From an uncultured Pseudomonadota bacterium (GTDB lineage: Bacteria; Pseudomonadota; Alphaproteobacteria; Rs-D84), in assembly GCA_949296475.1 (NCBI GenBank), contig CASFOK010000018.1, positions 1-62,632 of the forward strand: a DNA stretch of 62,632 bases, in the 5' to 3' direction. The notes under the pieces were generated by a model that ran no database searches, had not been told where the DNA came from, and saw only the letters and a program-made list of their open reading frames with translations. The translations under genes and the position numbers were made by a program. Below, in pieces: positions 27,923-37,672 of the stretch (its first letter is position 1; every line of letters begins with the position of its first letter).

Positions 27923-29638
27923 ATGGGGGATTTCATAAAAACACAAAATTCTTTTGCACATGGCGAAGTCGCACCAGAATTTTTTGCGCATGATAATATT
28001 AATGGTTTATCGCGACTGGAAAATATGGATGTCTTGGCAGGCGGCGGTTTGTCTCGGCGGCGCGGATTGCAGCATATTGCTGATTTGGAATCAAATGCAA
28101 GGCTTATCGCGTTTTCGGTCAGTGAAAATGAAAATTACATATTGGCTTTGAAAAACAAGATTATATCAGTGTTTTACCAAGGTGAGAAAATAAAAGATTT
28201 ATTTTCACCGTGGGCTTTTGATGATTTAACAAAGTTACAATATGCGCAACGTTTTGGTACCATAATTTTTGTACATCCGGATTACCAGCCTTATGTTTTA
28301 AAAAAAGAATCGGATGATTTTGCGTTATCAAAATTTGATTTTGCGCGTAATGACTCTGATATGACGGTTAATATGCCGTTTATGAAGTTTGACGATGCGG
28401 AAAACATAAAAATTACCGTGACAGCAAACGATGCAGGTAATAATTACGCTACGTTTACAACGAATGAAAATTTTTGGACGACAGATGATACAGAAGGGCG
28501 CTTTTTGTTATTGGATAAGCAGTGGACAATAACAGAATACATCAGTCCGACAGTCGTAAAGGCGCATACAAATGGAACGTACAGTTTGCCAAGCGGGGCT
28601 GTGTCGGATTGGCGCGAAGCGGCGTTCAGTAAAAAACGTGGTTGGCCGTGCAGCATTACTTTTCATCAAGATAGATTGGTCTTTGGCGGTTCGCGTTCTT
28701 GGCCCAGTGGTGTATGGCTTTCCCAGGTTGGTCGGCATAATAATTTTAATGTCGGTACCGGTTTAGACGACGAAGCAATATTTATAACGTTGCTGTCGCA
28801 ACAGCGACAGCAAATTTGCACAGTTGTCAGCAGCGATAATTTGCAAATTTTAACATCAGCGGGTGAATGGGCGATATCCAGTAAACCTTTGACGCCGTCG
28901 GCTGTGGATATAAAGCAACATACATCGGTTGGCAGTGTATCGCAAAGGTATTTGCCGCCGCAAAAAATAGAAGGCGCAACCGTGTTCATTTCTAGCAGCA
29001 AAAAAGACATTCGTGAACTGAGTCTTGACCAGTTGGGTGAAAATTATAATGCCACCGATTTGTGTGCGTTTTCAAAGCATTTGATGCAAGAACCCGTTGA
29101 CGTTGCTTATAACGAAGAAACGCGTCAGTTATTCGTTGTTATGCAATCTGGCGATATGGCTGTGTTAAACCAAAATTCTGCCTTGGGCATTTCTGCATGG
29201 GGCAGTTATAAAACCCAAGGCCAATTTAAATCCGTTGCTACCATAAACGGAGAGACTTTCGTCGTTGTTTATCGTGATGATGAGTTTTGTTTGGAAAAGT
29301 TTTCAGATTCTGTGTTACAAGACGGTGACAAATATGGATTTGCGTTTGTCGCGTCTGCGTTGCCCTTACGTGCATCAGGGCATAACGCAAACAAAGTCAG
29401 ACTACGAAAAATAATGGCGCGTGTTTTAAACACGAAGACTTTATTTATAAACGATATGCGGGCGGATTTGCCTAATGAAGTGTATTCTGCGGAATCAAAT
29501 GGTTATAGCGGCGACGTTTCTATAAATTTATTAGGCTTGCAAAGAAACTGCATGAATGCGCCTTGGACAATCAAAAGCAGTGAACAATTACCGGCAACGG
29601 TATTATCCGTGACGATGTACGGGTATTACTTGGTATAA
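27923..29638 (+). CDS. tail tubular protein B / nozzle (T7 gp12-like)
   Basis: QNSF..GEVAP, GGL.RR.G, W.E.AFS..RGWP..ITFHQDRL.FGG. Confidence 0.8.
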   Translation: MGDFIKTQNSFAHGEVAPEFFAHDNINGLSRLENMDVLAGGGLSRRRGLQHIADLESNARLIAFSVSENENYILALKNKIISVFYQGEKIKDLFSPWAFDDLTKLQYAQRFGTIIFVHPDYQPYVLKKESDDFALSKFDFARNDSDMTVNMPFMKFDDAENIKITVTANDAGNNYATFTTNENFWTTDDTEGRFLLLDKQWTITEYISPTVVKAHTNGTYSLPSGAVSDWREAAFSKKRGWPCSITFHQDRLVFGGSRSWPSGVWLSQVGRHNNFNVGTGLDDEAIFITLLSQQRQQICTVVSSDNLQILTSAGEWAISSKPLTPSAVDIKQHTSVGSVSQRYLPPQKIEGATVFISSSKKDIRELSLDQLGENYNATDLCAFSKHLMQEPVDVAYNEETRQLFVVMQSGDMAVLNQNSALGISAWGSYKTQGQFKSVATINGETFVVVYRDDEFCLEKFSDSVLQDGDKYGFAFVASALPLRASGHNANKVRLRKIMARVLNTKTLFINDMRADLPNEVYSAESNGYSGDVSINLLGLQRNCMNAPWTIKSSEQLPATVLSVTMYGYYLV

Positions 29639-29654
29639 AAAATGGAGGTTAATT

Positions 29655-30002
29655 ATGGGACAACTTGTATCAGATGTAACAGATATATTGGATTATAAGA
29701 AATCAAAAAAAGATGCAGAAACAGAACGTCAAAAAGTTCTGGCTGACATTGCTGCAGATGAAAAGACAAAAACTAACTTGGTAAAGAAAACCTTGGCCAC
29801 GCAACGTGCAAAATATGGGGCGTCTGGTATGTCCGGTCGCAGCATGACGGAAGGCGCCGTCTTAAAACGCTTGAAATCCGAAACCGAAGAACCATACGAA
29901 GAAAAAAAGCGTACAAATATAGAAAAATTGAAAAAAATAAAAGTAGAAAAACCGAATTTATTACAATCTTTGTTGGATAAATTTGAGGACTTAATTGGTT
30001 AA
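29655..30002 (+). CDS. putative internal virion/ejection protein
   Basis: Position after nozzle; QRAKYGASG motif; helical. Confidence 0.5.
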   Translation: MGQLVSDVTDILDYKKSKKDAETERQKVLADIAADEKTKTNLVKKTLATQRAKYGASGMSGRSMTEGAVLKRLKSETEEPYEEKKRTNIEKLKKIKVEKPNLLQSLLDKFEDLIG

Positions 30003-30016
30003 CGCAGGGGGCGCAC

Positions 30017-30565
30017 ATGTACAAGGTATCTTATGTCGCAGACGGTGAAACGTCCGAGTTTTTGTTTGTATTCCCTTTTTTTCAATCTGCGGACATTCGT
30101 GTATCTGTGGACGAGAAGATTCTTTCGGACACAGAATACGCGGTGATTCCAAATGAAGAATACGACGGTGGTAACGTTGTTTTCCCTGTGCCACCAGAAA
30201 AAGATGTTAAAATAGACATTTTCAGACAGGTGGCGCTGTCGCGTGTCATAGACTATCAACCGACGGCAAAAATAGACCCGGAAAATCTAAACGCAGATTT
30301 TAATTTTCTGTTAGAAGCGTTTAAAGATTTACATAAAATAGAGGTTGATGTAACAGAATGGGAAAATATACATGACAACGTTATGCGTTTTTTGAATTAT
30401 ACCTTGCAGGTAATAGAAGACAAGTTGTCTGGCGGAACAGTTCTGGGTTTATATAGTAATCTGTTATCTGTATTAGAAAACGCGCTGCCAAAACTTATAA
30501 ACGATTATGGCAGCATAACCGAAGAAGCACCAAACGAAAATCGCGATGATTACGGCGTTTTATGA
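30017..30565 (+). CDS. tail fibre N-terminal anchor protein (T7 gp17 N-domain-like)
   Basis: Y.ADG.T..F.F.FPFF..ADI.V.VD, GG.V.F..PP, LNADF. Confidence 0.7.
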   Translation: MYKVSYVADGETSEFLFVFPFFQSADIRVSVDEKILSDTEYAVIPNEEYDGGNVVFPVPPEKDVKIDIFRQVALSRVIDYQPTAKIDPENLNADFNFLLEAFKDLHKIEVDVTEWENIHDNVMRFLNYTLQVIEDKLSGGTVLGLYSNLLSVLENALPKLINDYGSITEEAPNENRDDYGVL

Positions 30566-31160
30566 TTTTTTAGACCAATGGAATGAAATATTGGGCCTGA
30601 ATACGCCGGCACATCATAAGCAAATTATGGATTTTTTGGTCTCTGTACTGGAATCCGAACCGCATCGTGGTTTATTAATGTCTTTCAGGCATTCTGGCAA
30701 ATCAACAGTAGTTGGTATTTTTGCCGCGTGTGTTTTGTGCTTGCGGCCAGAAACAAGAATTTTGATTTTGTCGGCGGAAAATAGTTTGGCGGCGCGCATG
30801 GTTGCACATATTAAACACATTTTGGAAAATCATCCCAGATGCTTGGATTTGATACCAGATGTAAAAAAAGAGTGGGCAAACGGCAGGATAACAGTTAACA
30901 GACCAATTGGCATTCGGGAACCGTCGGTTGTTTGCCAGGGAATACACGGTAACATTACAGGTATGCGCGCAGATTTAATCATTTGCGATGACGTAGAGGT
31001 CCCGAATACTTGTAACACTGCTAGCAAACGCGAAACGTTACGTGAAAGATTGCGAGAGCTAGATTTTATATTATCGCCAACCGGTACCATGATATACATC
31101 GGTACGCCACATACTATGGATACAATTTATAGAACAACACAAGACGACATGACAAACTAA
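30546..31160 (+). CDS. terminase large subunit, ATPase half
   Basis: Walker A FRHSGKST, GNITGMRAD, Walker B IICDDVE, motif III IGTPH. Confidence 0.85.
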   Translation: MITAFYDFLDQWNEILGLNTPAHHKQIMDFLVSVLESEPHRGLLMSFRHSGKSTVVGIFAACVLCLRPETRILILSAENSLAARMVAHIKHILENHPRCLDLIPDVKKEWANGRITVNRPIGIREPSVVCQGIHGNITGMRADLIICDDVEVPNTCNTASKRETLRERLRELDFILSPTGTMIYIGTPHTMDTIYRTTQDDMTN

Positions 31161-31826
31161 TTATTGTTGCGCTTCTTCTTGTTCAGATGGTTTGATTGCG
31201 GTAATTAACGAACGTAATTTCTTTAACAGTTCTGCACCAGCATCGCCAAAAAGTGGCAGGTAAGTTTCATATTCAGGCATGTCCGCTTGTAATTGTGCGC
31301 GTGTACGTTCAGACAAGGGTTGCCTTAATATATCGCTTGCAACGTTCCATAGGTGATATGCTTGGTAAGTTTTATCAACGATTAACCATTTTTCTAGTAA
31401 TTGCGGTTTGGCAGATAAAACAGAACGTATCGCGACCAACCATTGATTCCCGAATTTTTTTACAATTGATAGTTGTTGTAATTTGTGTAAGCCGTCTTCG
31501 TCAGGGGTGAATTCGTTTATACCTTTTTCCAGTTCGGTCCATTCGGCGTTCGTTAATGGTATCGTAGCAACAGATTGCGCCATCATACCGCCATAAGGTA
31601 ACAGGTCGCGTTCAATGGAATCCATCGGGGTTTTGCCGCTGCGCAGATTTTCAATGTGCTTTACCAAGTTTTTCCCGGTTGGTAATTCACGCAATTCTTT
31701 TAATATTTCAGGGGTAGATTCATTAATAAAAACTTGATTAACAGCCGCCCAACCACCAAAGATTACGTGTTCTTGGCGATAAAGATTTAATAATTTTTGC
31801 GCTGTTACGCTGGCTTTTATTTTCAT
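31161..31826 (-). CDS. hypothetical protein
   Basis: 221-aa ORF, GGGGGA RBS, downstream of the XRE regulator. Confidence 0.75.
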   Translation of the reverse strand: MKIKASVTAQKLLNLYRQEHVIFGGWAAVNQVFINESTPEILKELRELPTGKNLVKHIENLRSGKTPMDSIERDLLPYGGMMAQSVATIPLTNAEWTELEKGINEFTPDEDGLHKLQQLSIVKKFGNQWLVAIRSVLSAKPQLLEKWLIVDKTYQAYHLWNVASDILRQPLSERTRAQLQADMPEYETYLPLFGDAGAELLKKLRSLITAIKPSEQEEAQQ

Positions 31827-31853
31827 TTTGTCCCCCCTGTGTGCAAAAGAATA

Positions 31854-32858
31854 TTATTCCATTACAATCATGATGACTTTGTGCATGGTTTTTCCGATGA
31901 TTTTTTCTTCTGGTGATACGATTTGACCGTATGTTTTGCCCTTGGAATCTTGGCGAACAACAACGACTTGTGCCGTGGCCGTATCATCGGCTTTCATCGT
32001 TTCAAAGTCTGTATCAATGCATACCGCCAAGTCGCCGACAGATACTGTTGCCTGCGAATCCACAAAAACATAAGATTTTTCAGGTATAAAACCGCCCAGA
32101 CGTTTAGAGTTTGGAATAACAGCGTACATGCCGGAACGGCCTTCTAGCGGAACCGGTGCGACAATCATGGTTTCGTCAGATTTTTTAAACGTCAGCGCCT
32201 TCCCGGCAGGCGTTGCAAATACAGGGATAAGTTTTTTACGTGCGCTGTCGTACAATTTTGCACCATAAAAACTGCTGTGATCAATGCCAGACATGGGGTT
32301 GCTGGGGATTAGGACGGATTTTACGCGTTCGGTAACCTTGTTTATTTGTTTGTTTAATTCGCCTGATTTATATAAATCTGCGATTTTATCAAACAAGGCT
32401 TCCGCGGTATAACCAAAGGAATTTGCCAAAGGTTCTATTTCGTTTTGATAAATTTCGCGTTGCCCAACTTCTATCTTGTGGTATACGGACAAGGTCATAC
32501 CTGCGTCTTTTGCAGCCTGAGCGATAGTTTTACCTGCTTGTTGGCGGACCTTGCGTAATCCGCTGCCAAATATTTTTAATCCGCTGTCCTCGTTGTCATT
32601 CAAGCGTCGCTTTATTTCCGTTTGCCATTGGTTTGCGACGTCATCTGATTCTTTGATGAAAATGTCTGATAACTTGCAACCTAATATATTACATATGTTC
32701 AATAATTGTTTTTGGTTCAAGCGACGAACGCCTTTTTCTATCTTGGACACGGCGGATAAAGACAAATTTGCCTGACGGGCCAGCGCGGTCATTTTCATGC
32801 CGCTTGCCAAACGGATGTTTCGTATGTTGTTTGGAAAGATTATTTCTTCTTGGGCCAT
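31854..32858 (-). CDS. tandem XRE-HTH regulator with degenerate S24-like C-terminal domain
   Basis: Two HTHs (LSLSAVSKIEKG, MTLSVYHKIEVG); AAGGAG RBS before ATG 32858. Confidence 0.85.
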   Translation of the reverse strand: MAQEEIIFPNNIRNIRLASGMKMTALARQANLSLSAVSKIEKGVRRLNQKQLLNICNILGCKLSDIFIKESDDVANQWQTEIKRRLNDNEDSGLKIFGSGLRKVRQQAGKTIAQAAKDAGMTLSVYHKIEVGQREIYQNEIEPLANSFGYTAEALFDKIADLYKSGELNKQINKVTERVKSVLIPSNPMSGIDHSSFYGAKLYDSARKKLIPVFATPAGKALTFKKSDETMIVAPVPLEGRSGMYAVIPNSKRLGGFIPEKSYVFVDSQATVSVGDLAVCIDTDFETMKADDTATAQVVVVRQDSKGKTYGQIVSPEEKIIGKTMHKVIMIVME

Positions 32859-32924
32859 TCTGAATCTCCTTGCACTTATTGACAAATATTAGTTAATTTT
32901 CACAGAATAGGCAAGTATAAAATG

Positions 32925-34475
32925 TTATAAAGGCATATCGTCTGGAATATCGTCGGGATTAATGGCCACGGTGTCAGAATCTTGGGCGGGTAAAGTCTGC
33001 GTAGGGTTATCAATAAAATCTGGAACGCCCCTTTCCGCCATTTCATCCAGGTTATCAAATAAACTGTAATCGCCAAAGAACGCCAGTCGCACAGTTTCAG
33101 GGCGACCATGTCTGTTTTTACCAATAATGACGTCCGCCTTACCGCGTGCACGTTCCAGACGTTTTTGATAACTTTCAATAATTTTGTCGGTTGCGTTACC
33201 AGATATTCTTTGCGATGGGTCGCGATTTTCAAGATAATATTCTTCGCGGTATGTAAACATTACAATGTCAGCGTCTTGCTCAATAGAACCAGATTCGCGC
33301 AAGTCCGCCAGTTGCGGTCGTTTATCGTCGCGTGATTCAACGCTGCGCGATAATTGCGACAGCGCAATCACCGGTACGTCCAGTTCTTTGGCCAACATTT
33401 TCAGGCCGCGCGTAATTTCAGAAATTTCTTGAACGCGGTTATCGTTGCGCTTTCCGCCGGGTGATGTCATCAGTTGTAAATAGTCAACAACAATCAGGGC
33501 GATACCGCCACACTTACGTGCCAATCTTCTTGCGCGCGTTCGCATCATCGGGACGGACATGCCGGGGGTGTCGTCTATGTACAAAGGAACCCGTCCAATC
33601 GCGTCGGAATATTGCGACATTTTAAGAAAGTCTTCATCTGTCAAAGATCCTTCGCGCATGGCGGTTGCAGGAATCTTAGACTGCGATGATAATACGCGGG
33701 CCGCCAATTGCGAGTGTGACATTTCAAGACTGAAAAACACCACCGCCCCTTTATACTGTTCGTTTGCGCGTCCGTAAAGAATAGCATTCGCAGCGTTAAA
33801 AGCGATATTCATTGCCAAAGTCGTTTTTCCCATCGCGGGTCGTCCTGCAATGATTATCAAATCAGAATGGTGCAAGCCGCTGATTGATTTATCCAACGCC
33901 GTTAAACCCGTTGTTAAACCGGATAATTTTCCATCGGCTTTATATGCAATTTCCGCTTCCTTCAAGGCGCTTTGCAATGCAGTTGCGATAGATGCTACTT
34001 CGCGTTCGGATATGCCCGCGGACGCCATTTCAAACAGTTTTTGTTCCGCGGTTTCTATTTGCGCGGATACAGGGTTGTCTAAATCTTCAACAAACGCCGA
34101 ATCTGTGATAGATTGACCCAAGTTTATCAAGTCGCGACGTAACGCGTTTTCATAAACAATGCGTCCGTATTGTTCAACGTTGACGACGGTTGCACCGGCC
34201 CCCGCCAATTGTGTAAGGTATTCAACGCCGCCGACGGATTCCAAAGTACCTTGTTGTTCAAGGTAATTTTTAGCGGTGATTATATCAAACGGTATTCCCG
34301 CAGCAAACTGCTTTTCAGCCAATTTGTATATTTCTTGGTGTGCGGGGTGGTAAAAATGTTCAGGACGTAAGAATTCTGATACGCGTTCCAACGCGCGATT
34401 GTTCATCAGAACAGCCGCCAAAACAGCCTGTTCAGCCTCTAAGTTAGTCGGCAAAGTTTTGGGAGTAAAGTCCAT
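32925..34475 (-). CDS. dnaB: replicative DNA helicase (host type)
   Basis: P.NLEAEQAVL, GRPAMGKT, FSLEM, VDYLQL, LSQLSR, LRESGSIEQDAD, KNRHG. Confidence 0.97.
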   Translation of the reverse strand: MDFTPKTLPTNLEAEQAVLAAVLMNNRALERVSEFLRPEHFYHPAHQEIYKLAEKQFAAGIPFDIITAKNYLEQQGTLESVGGVEYLTQLAGAGATVVNVEQYGRIVYENALRRDLINLGQSITDSAFVEDLDNPVSAQIETAEQKLFEMASAGISEREVASIATALQSALKEAEIAYKADGKLSGLTTGLTALDKSISGLHHSDLIIIAGRPAMGKTTLAMNIAFNAANAILYGRANEQYKGAVVFFSLEMSHSQLAARVLSSQSKIPATAMREGSLTDEDFLKMSQYSDAIGRVPLYIDDTPGMSVPMMRTRARRLARKCGGIALIVVDYLQLMTSPGGKRNDNRVQEISEITRGLKMLAKELDVPVIALSQLSRSVESRDDKRPQLADLRESGSIEQDADIVMFTYREEYYLENRDPSQRISGNATDKIIESYQKRLERARGKADVIIGKNRHGRPETVRLAFFGDYSLFDNLDEMAERGVPDFIDNPTQTLPAQDSDTVAINPDDIPDDMPL

Positions 34476-35322
34476 GTCTGATATAGTATATAAAAATTTT
34501 CTTTTTTCAACGCCTTTTTTATCTGGATACCGTAAATTAAAAATACCAATAGTTGACGCCGACGGTAAACCGGCTTGGCCGGAATTGTTCCCAATAGAAC
34601 GAATAGAAGAGGTCAGAAAAACCGTTGGGGACAGATATTTTTCTGCGCAGATGATGTTGACTTTTGTTGCGCCCGACAGGGCGCGCCTGGACCCAGATTC
34701 GTTACATTTATACGATGCAGATTTTGACGGTCGCAGTGCTAAAATAGGCGATTTTTTAATAACCGGGGTGACTGCTTATTGGGACCCTTCGTCCGGCAGG
34801 AAAAAGTCGGACGGCAGCGTATGCGTTTTAATGTACCGGGACGATAAGAATAAACTGTTTTTCGTTCATGATGTGCAGTATTTATTAGTACCCGACGAAG
34901 AAACACATCCTTTGGCGCGTCAGTGTCAAATGGTGTTGGATTTTTTGTCTAAACATTCGCTGCACAGAATTTATATTGAAACAAACGGTTTAGGAAACGC
35001 CTTGCCCGAGATTATGCGTACGGTCGTCAAACAGCGCGGTGTAAGCATACAAATAAACAAAGTTTTCAATCACGAAAAAAAAGAAACAAGAATCCTAGAA
35101 AACATAGAACCCGTGTTAACGACTGGGCGTTTGTATGTTCATCGTCGTGTTCAATCCACGCCTTTATTATCAGAAATGTTGGGTTGGTCGCCTATTGGCA
35201 ACATCGGTCATGATGATGGTCTGGATGCGGTTGCCGGGGCTATTTCTGCGTTGCCGGCACCCATCAGGCCGTTCGGGCAGATAATGCAACCTTTCAAAGC
35301 GAATACTGATTTCAAGTTATAA
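34474..35322 (+). CDS. terminase large subunit, nuclease half
   Basis: AWPELF, F.AQMML, WDPS, IETNG.G, HDDGLDA; GGGAG 8 nt before ATG 34474 (ORF track starts at 34399). Confidence 0.8.
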   Translation: MSDIVYKNFLFSTPFLSGYRKLKIPIVDADGKPAWPELFPIERIEEVRKTVGDRYFSAQMMLTFVAPDRARLDPDSLHLYDADFDGRSAKIGDFLITGVTAYWDPSSGRKKSDGSVCVLMYRDDKNKLFFVHDVQYLLVPDEETHPLARQCQMVLDFLSKHSLHRIYIETNGLGNALPEIMRTVVKQRGVSIQINKVFNHEKKETRILENIEPVLTTGRLYVHRRVQSTPLLSEMLGWSPIGNIGHDDGLDAVAGAISALPAPIRPFGQIMQPFKANTDFKL

Positions 35323-35341
35323 CAACGCAAAAGGAGAAAAA

Positions 35342-36565
35342 ATGCAAAATAATCTACAACAAATGTATCGTCGCGCCTTAGATTTGCGCGCGCCTTGGTT
35401 AAATAGGTGGGATAGTGCGTTGCGCTATACGATGCCAACCGCAGATGATGAGGTGGCCACGTTATTTGATGCAACTGCTGCTGATGCAGTAGATAACTTG
35501 GCTGCATCAATATATTCTTTGCTTACGCCACCGGAATCTTTATGGTTATCGCTGGTGCCGGAAAGTGAAGATTCGCCAGACGCTATTACTGCAACAATGG
35601 CATTACGTGCGAACTTAAACGATTCTAATTTTTACACGACTATTCATCAGTGTTATTTAGACCTTGTGATTTTAGGTACTGCATGTTTATTTATGTCGGA
35701 AAATCCGATTGGTGCGGATTCTGCGTTTTCTTTTACTGCCATACCCATGAAAGACATAGCGATATTGCAAAACGCAGTATTTCATACGACCAGTATGTCT
35801 GCACGCGAAGTCATGGAAAAATATCCGTCTTGGACGCCGCCTGCCGATATTCGTGACGCCATCAAGAAAGACCCAGAAACGCCGATACGATTGGTACAGA
35901 GTCTGGTCGGTAAAGATTTTACCGCATGGTTAGACGTTGGCGGTAATATAGAAAACAACATTGTATCAACGGGGACGTTTGAAACGAATCCGTATTTAAT
36001 CTTTCGTTGGTCTGTCGCCAGCGGCGAGTTATATGGGCGCGGTCCTGTATTGCGAGCGTTGCCGGATATCAAGACCGCCAATAAAGTCGTAGAATTGGTA
36101 TTAAAAAACGCAACCATTGCAGTATCTGGTATTTGGCAAGCAGACGACGACGGTGTAATAAACCTTTCAAATATAAATTTAACGCCAGGAGCAATTATAC
36201 CAAAAGCGGTTGGCAGTTCAGGTCTGACGCCGTTATCGTCTGGTGCAGACTTTGACGTTTCGCAGATAATATTAAAAGATTTACGCGAACGTATTCGCCA
36301 TGCGCTACTTGCGGATAGACTGGGGCTGTTGTCGGAAAAAGAGATGACCGCGACCGAGATAATGGCGCGTAACGCGGACATGATGAGAATATTGGGCGCA
36401 ACGTATGGTCGTTTGCTGCATGAGTTTATTAGACCGTTATGTGAAAGAGGTCTGCAGATATTATCTCGTCGTGGGGTGATAGATAAGATATCTTTGCATA
36501 GCGATGCAGAATTGAAGTACATAGCGCCGATAGCACAGATGGCAATAGAAGAAACATTATTATGA
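35342..36565 (+). CDS. portal / head-tail connector (T7 gp8-like), compact
   Basis: FD.TA.DAV.NLA, DLV.LGTA, RW..SGE.YGRGP..ALPDIKT, MTATEI..R, LGATYGRL. Confidence 0.88.
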   Translation: MQNNLQQMYRRALDLRAPWLNRWDSALRYTMPTADDEVATLFDATAADAVDNLAASIYSLLTPPESLWLSLVPESEDSPDAITATMALRANLNDSNFYTTIHQCYLDLVILGTACLFMSENPIGADSAFSFTAIPMKDIAILQNAVFHTTSMSAREVMEKYPSWTPPADIRDAIKKDPETPIRLVQSLVGKDFTAWLDVGGNIENNIVSTGTFETNPYLIFRWSVASGELYGRGPVLRALPDIKTANKVVELVLKNATIAVSGIWQADDDGVINLSNINLTPGAIIPKAVGSSGLTPLSSGADFDVSQIILKDLRERIRHALLADRLGLLSEKEMTATEIMARNADMMRILGATYGRLLHEFIRPLCERGLQILSRRGVIDKISLHSDAELKYIAPIAQMAIEETLL

Positions 36566-36771
36566 CAAAGGTGGCTATTATGAAAGACATAGAGCAAAAT
36601 TATGCGCGTACATTTTCAACGTCAGCGGGGCAGGCCGTGTTGTCACATTTACGCAAAATAACCATAGAAAGAGTACTTGGACCGAACGCCAGTGATTCAG
36701 AACTTCGCGGTCTAGAGGCACAGCGGGCCTTGGTACATCAGATAGAAAACATGATAGAGCGGGGCAAGTAA
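36562..36771 (+). CDS. small portal-linked protein (Bbp19-like)
   Basis: Y.RTF.T.AG.AVL.HLR....LE.QR.LV..I pattern after portal. Confidence 0.6.
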   Translation: MTKVAIMKDIEQNYARTFSTSAGQAVLSHLRKITIERVLGPNASDSELRGLEAQRALVHQIENMIERGK

Positions 36772-37031
36772 TGTCAATGCAGTACGGCGGCGCGACGGGA
36801 ATATTGGACTTTCTGCGAGACAGTTGGTTTCTTATCGCGTTTATTGCAGGCATGATATATTGGGTCGCACGTCAAGATTCTTCACTGGCGGAACTAGAAC
36901 GCGCAGACCACCGGATAACCACGTTGGAAAACAGAACGACTATACTAGAAACGGGTATAGGACAGTTACAAATAAAATTAGACGGCATAAAAGAAGACGT
37001 CGGTTTAATCAAGACGGCGGTTATAAAATGA
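36771..37031 (+). CDS. membrane-anchored coiled-coil protein (holin/spanin-like)
   Basis: One TM helix plus heptad repeat; TAATG coupling. Confidence 0.55.
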   Translation: MSMQYGGATGILDFLRDSWFLIAFIAGMIYWVARQDSSLAELERADHRITTLENRTTILETGIGQLQIKLDGIKEDVGLIKTAVIK

Positions 37032-37035
37032 AAAA

Positions 37036-37062
37036 AATCCCGCGATTGCTTCGCGGGATTAA
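37036..37062. terminator. terminator ending the portal operon
   Basis: AATCCCGCGA-TTGCT-TCGCGGGATT. Confidence 0.75.
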
Positions 37063-37066
37063 ATCC

Positions 37067-37216
37067 TTAACAACCGCCGGTTGCGTTACCGATGATTTTA
37101 GAAATAGAAATATCTTTGTGGAATAAGAAATCGTATTCGCAATTTCCTTGTTTATAAGAACCAGTGCAGGCCGCCAACGTTAATACGGCAAACAACGCCA
37201 ACATAATTTTTTTCAT
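37067..37216 (-). CDS. small lipoprotein, YhfL/DUF4223-like (missed by ORF track)
   Basis: MKKIMLALFAVLTLAACTGSYKQGNCEYDFLFHKDISISKIIGNATGGC; AAGGAG RBS. Confidence 0.75.
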   Translation of the reverse strand: MKKIMLALFAVLTLAACTGSYKQGNCEYDFLFHKDISISKIIGNATGGC

Positions 37217-37282
37217 ATACTTTCTCCTTTTTCTTATAAGTAGACTTTTAAATTATAAGATTAATTGGTGATGTTTGCAAGA

Positions 37283-37627
37283 TTATATTGCGCCTTGAAT
37301 CCACTTCATTTTATATGGGGTAAAGACGATGACGTCAAACCTGGCATTACCGGTCCAATGTATCTGAGCCAAATATGTTTCTGCGGCATTGTGTAGACGT
37401 TTAATTTGTGCGCGGGTTATGGCGTCCAAGGCGTTTTCAGTATTATTTCTTTTTTTCACTTCAACGAACAGTATTAAATTGTGTCGTTTTGCGATGATGT
37501 CAATTTCTGCTCTATTGGAAAAGCGCCCGGTTACGTATCTTTTTTTCAAGATGTGGAAACCGTGTAATCGCAAATATATTCGCGCGCATAATTCAGTGAA
37601 TAAACCGACACGATAAGAATTCATCAT
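37283..37627 (-). CDS. yraN: YraN (UPF0102) family protein
   Basis: EIDIIA, LFVEVKKR, RFDV. Confidence 0.88.
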   Translation of the reverse strand: MMNSYRVGLFTELCARIYLRLHGFHILKKRYVTGRFSNRAEIDIIAKRHNLILFVEVKKRNNTENALDAITRAQIKRLHNAAETYLAQIHWTGNARFDVIVFTPYKMKWIQGAI

Positions 37628-37672
37628 GTAAAGAATTATAAAACAAAACCGAAAATAACAAAAGGATAAAAA

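Noticed and set aside
30546-35322. Intein or intron explaining the terminase split
   Set aside because: No intein termini (C/S start, HN end) or intron-like structure; the gap is filled by ordinary genes.
35782-36597. 271-aa minus-strand ORF
   Set aside because: Antisense shadow of the portal gene with no motifs.
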